Assembly: GCF_004010195.1 (NCBI RefSeq)
Contig: NC_057719.1
Location: forward strand, 62,550,862-62,614,861
Source of the DNA: Chiloscyllium plagiosum
Lineage: Eukaryota
Length of the DNA: 64,000 nt
Direction of reading: 5' to 3'
This document shows positions 62,401-64,000 of this stretch, one piece after another. Within the stretch, counting starts at the first letter, position 1, and each line of letters starts with the position of its first letter. The notes beneath the pieces were generated by a model. The model had not been told where the DNA came from. It saw only the letters and a list, made by a program, of their open reading frames with translations, and made no database searches. The position numbers and the translations under genes were made by a program.

Positions 62401-63711
62401 TAATTTTAAAACAAACATTATGATTTACAGATATATATTTATCTGTGCTGCAGTCCTGTAGAACTATACACATGTTTAAGCTATGGGTTAATCATTGTTT
62501 TCTGTGCAAGAATAGGTCTAGGCAGAGAATTTCGATGTTAGAAATTATCTTCCTTCCTAACTGGCACAATTTTCTAATGACTTGTCATTTAAGGGCTCCG
62601 TGAAATGTATATTACGCTTAATAAATATTTTTATAGTGTAATTGAATGACCTTCTTCATTAGGATAATTGGGATTTTGATTGACAGTTGTTTGAAACTAA
62701 TTAGATCTAATGGTCTGGCTACCTTATTACACACACCAACTGCAGGCAAAGGTCTCTTTGCTGTCCTCGTTGAAATGCCACGCAAGAGACTCCACTACTG
62801 TTTAAAATCCAAGATACCAGAATCACACCAGCCTTGGGGTGCAGTGGTTATTGGAGCAGAGTGATGAGAGTTCTCTGCATCTAATGAGTTGAACCTTTCG
62901 TCCTTCAGAATAATCAAATGACAAAAAGTCACTGAAGCAATAGGAGTAAGTAACCATTTTGTATACGTAAAGAAATAAATTATTGCCCAATGGTTGGGAT
63001 GTCTAAGCCTTGGAGACAAGGTGTGAGTGTTTTCCTAAAGGTGATCAGTTTGATGCTTTTAAATAACTGCTTCACAATGTCTGGAGAGATGTAAAAATTC
63101 CTCCATTCTCCAGGTGAATCAATTTCCCATCACAGCATTGTTTTCACTCCTACTCCAGAGAAATATGACATCTTCGAGAGAACTTTATGCACTTTATCCC
63201 CAAATTCTGTATTCAGGTTTGTGTTTTTAATGCTTTTATATATAAAAAAAATTGGTTCCAAAGTCTGACCACCAAGGCTGCATTGATCCTTTATCTCCAG
63301 TTGTCCAAAAAGCAATAAGATTTTATCTTGCTGACCTGCAACTTAGACAATATAGAGCTATTGAGACCTGCAGGGCATTCATTTTGAGCATTGATGTTTC
63401 AGTATTCACTGTCAATTTCCTTCACCAATTTGCTAGATTTACCGAATTTCAGTTCCACCAGGTATGCTGTGATTTGAGCTCTCAATCTCTGACCCATGAG
63501 TTCAGTACTGTAACTACTATACTGCTGTAATCATAAAGATAATAGTGCTAAATGGTCAATGTTGGTCGGTCCATAAAGCCTGATTGTCCCTCCAGTTTCA
63601 GTTGGTCTTTACAAGTGACAGCAAGATAGGTCGTCAAATCAGCTGTTCATCACCTCCACATTTACAGTGTTAGAGCTTCCAACCAAGTTACTGCATCACT
63701 AATCCTTTGGC

Positions 63712-64000
63712 AATTCCAGAAATGACAGCAAGTGCTGGACGCAGCAGGTCTGGCAACGTTTGTCGAGAGGGAAACGGTTGATGTTTCGAGTCGAATATGA
63801 CTCTTTAGAACTGAAGAAACTGAATGTTTGCTGAGTTTTACATCTTTGAAAGGGGGGAGTGGGTGGGATTATCAAGGACAAATCCTGGGATTGCGTGCAG
63901 GGAGGGGGAAGATTAGATGGCAAGTATGTCATGGGATAAAAAGCAAAGGGAGCAGCAATGATTGTCATTAATAATTAAAGCATTTGTCCAGAATATGTGA
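63712..64000 (-). mobile_element. Penelope pLTR 3' fragment
   Basis: Minus-strand cagttctaaagagtcatattcgactcGAAAcatcaacc (decayed hammerhead) followed by ccagacctgctgcgtccagca. Confidence 0.7.

Noticed and set aside
62909..62945. Exon with AG/GTAAGT boundaries
   Set aside because: It is 37 nt with stops in all three frames and has no other support.
1..64000. CRISPR arrays, operons, rRNA or prokaryotic defence systems
   Set aside because: This is vertebrate repeat-rich DNA with no regularly spaced repeats, no gene-dense ORFs and no rRNA motifs.

Overview
This is eukaryotic, AT-rich, repeat-dense DNA, almost certainly from an elasmobranch (shark). The evidence is about 10 HE1-type V-SINEs with (AATCT)n tails, CR1/HER1 LINE pieces and Deu-domain SINEs. 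I cannot support any intact protein-coding gene; the window reads as intronic or intergenic. It contains decayed CR1 LINEs, a second CR1/L2-group LINE with a partner SINE, an RTE LINE, Penelope-like elements (PLEs), solo LTRs and Tigger-like MITEs, often nested. Five observations stand out. (1) Several short, often palindromic PLE-derived inserts have clear target-site duplications (TSDs) and carry minimal hammerhead-ribozyme cores; two cores in the window look intact. (2) An RTE LINE shows a clean twin-priming 5' inversion. (3) There are two local inverted duplications and one direct duplication. (4) An unidentified, apparently decayed multi-kb coding exon lies on the minus strand at about 0.9-4.5 kb. 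(5) A 63-nt candidate exon has strong splice sites. Family names come from my recognition of motifs, not from database searches, and boundaries are approximate unless a TSD is given.
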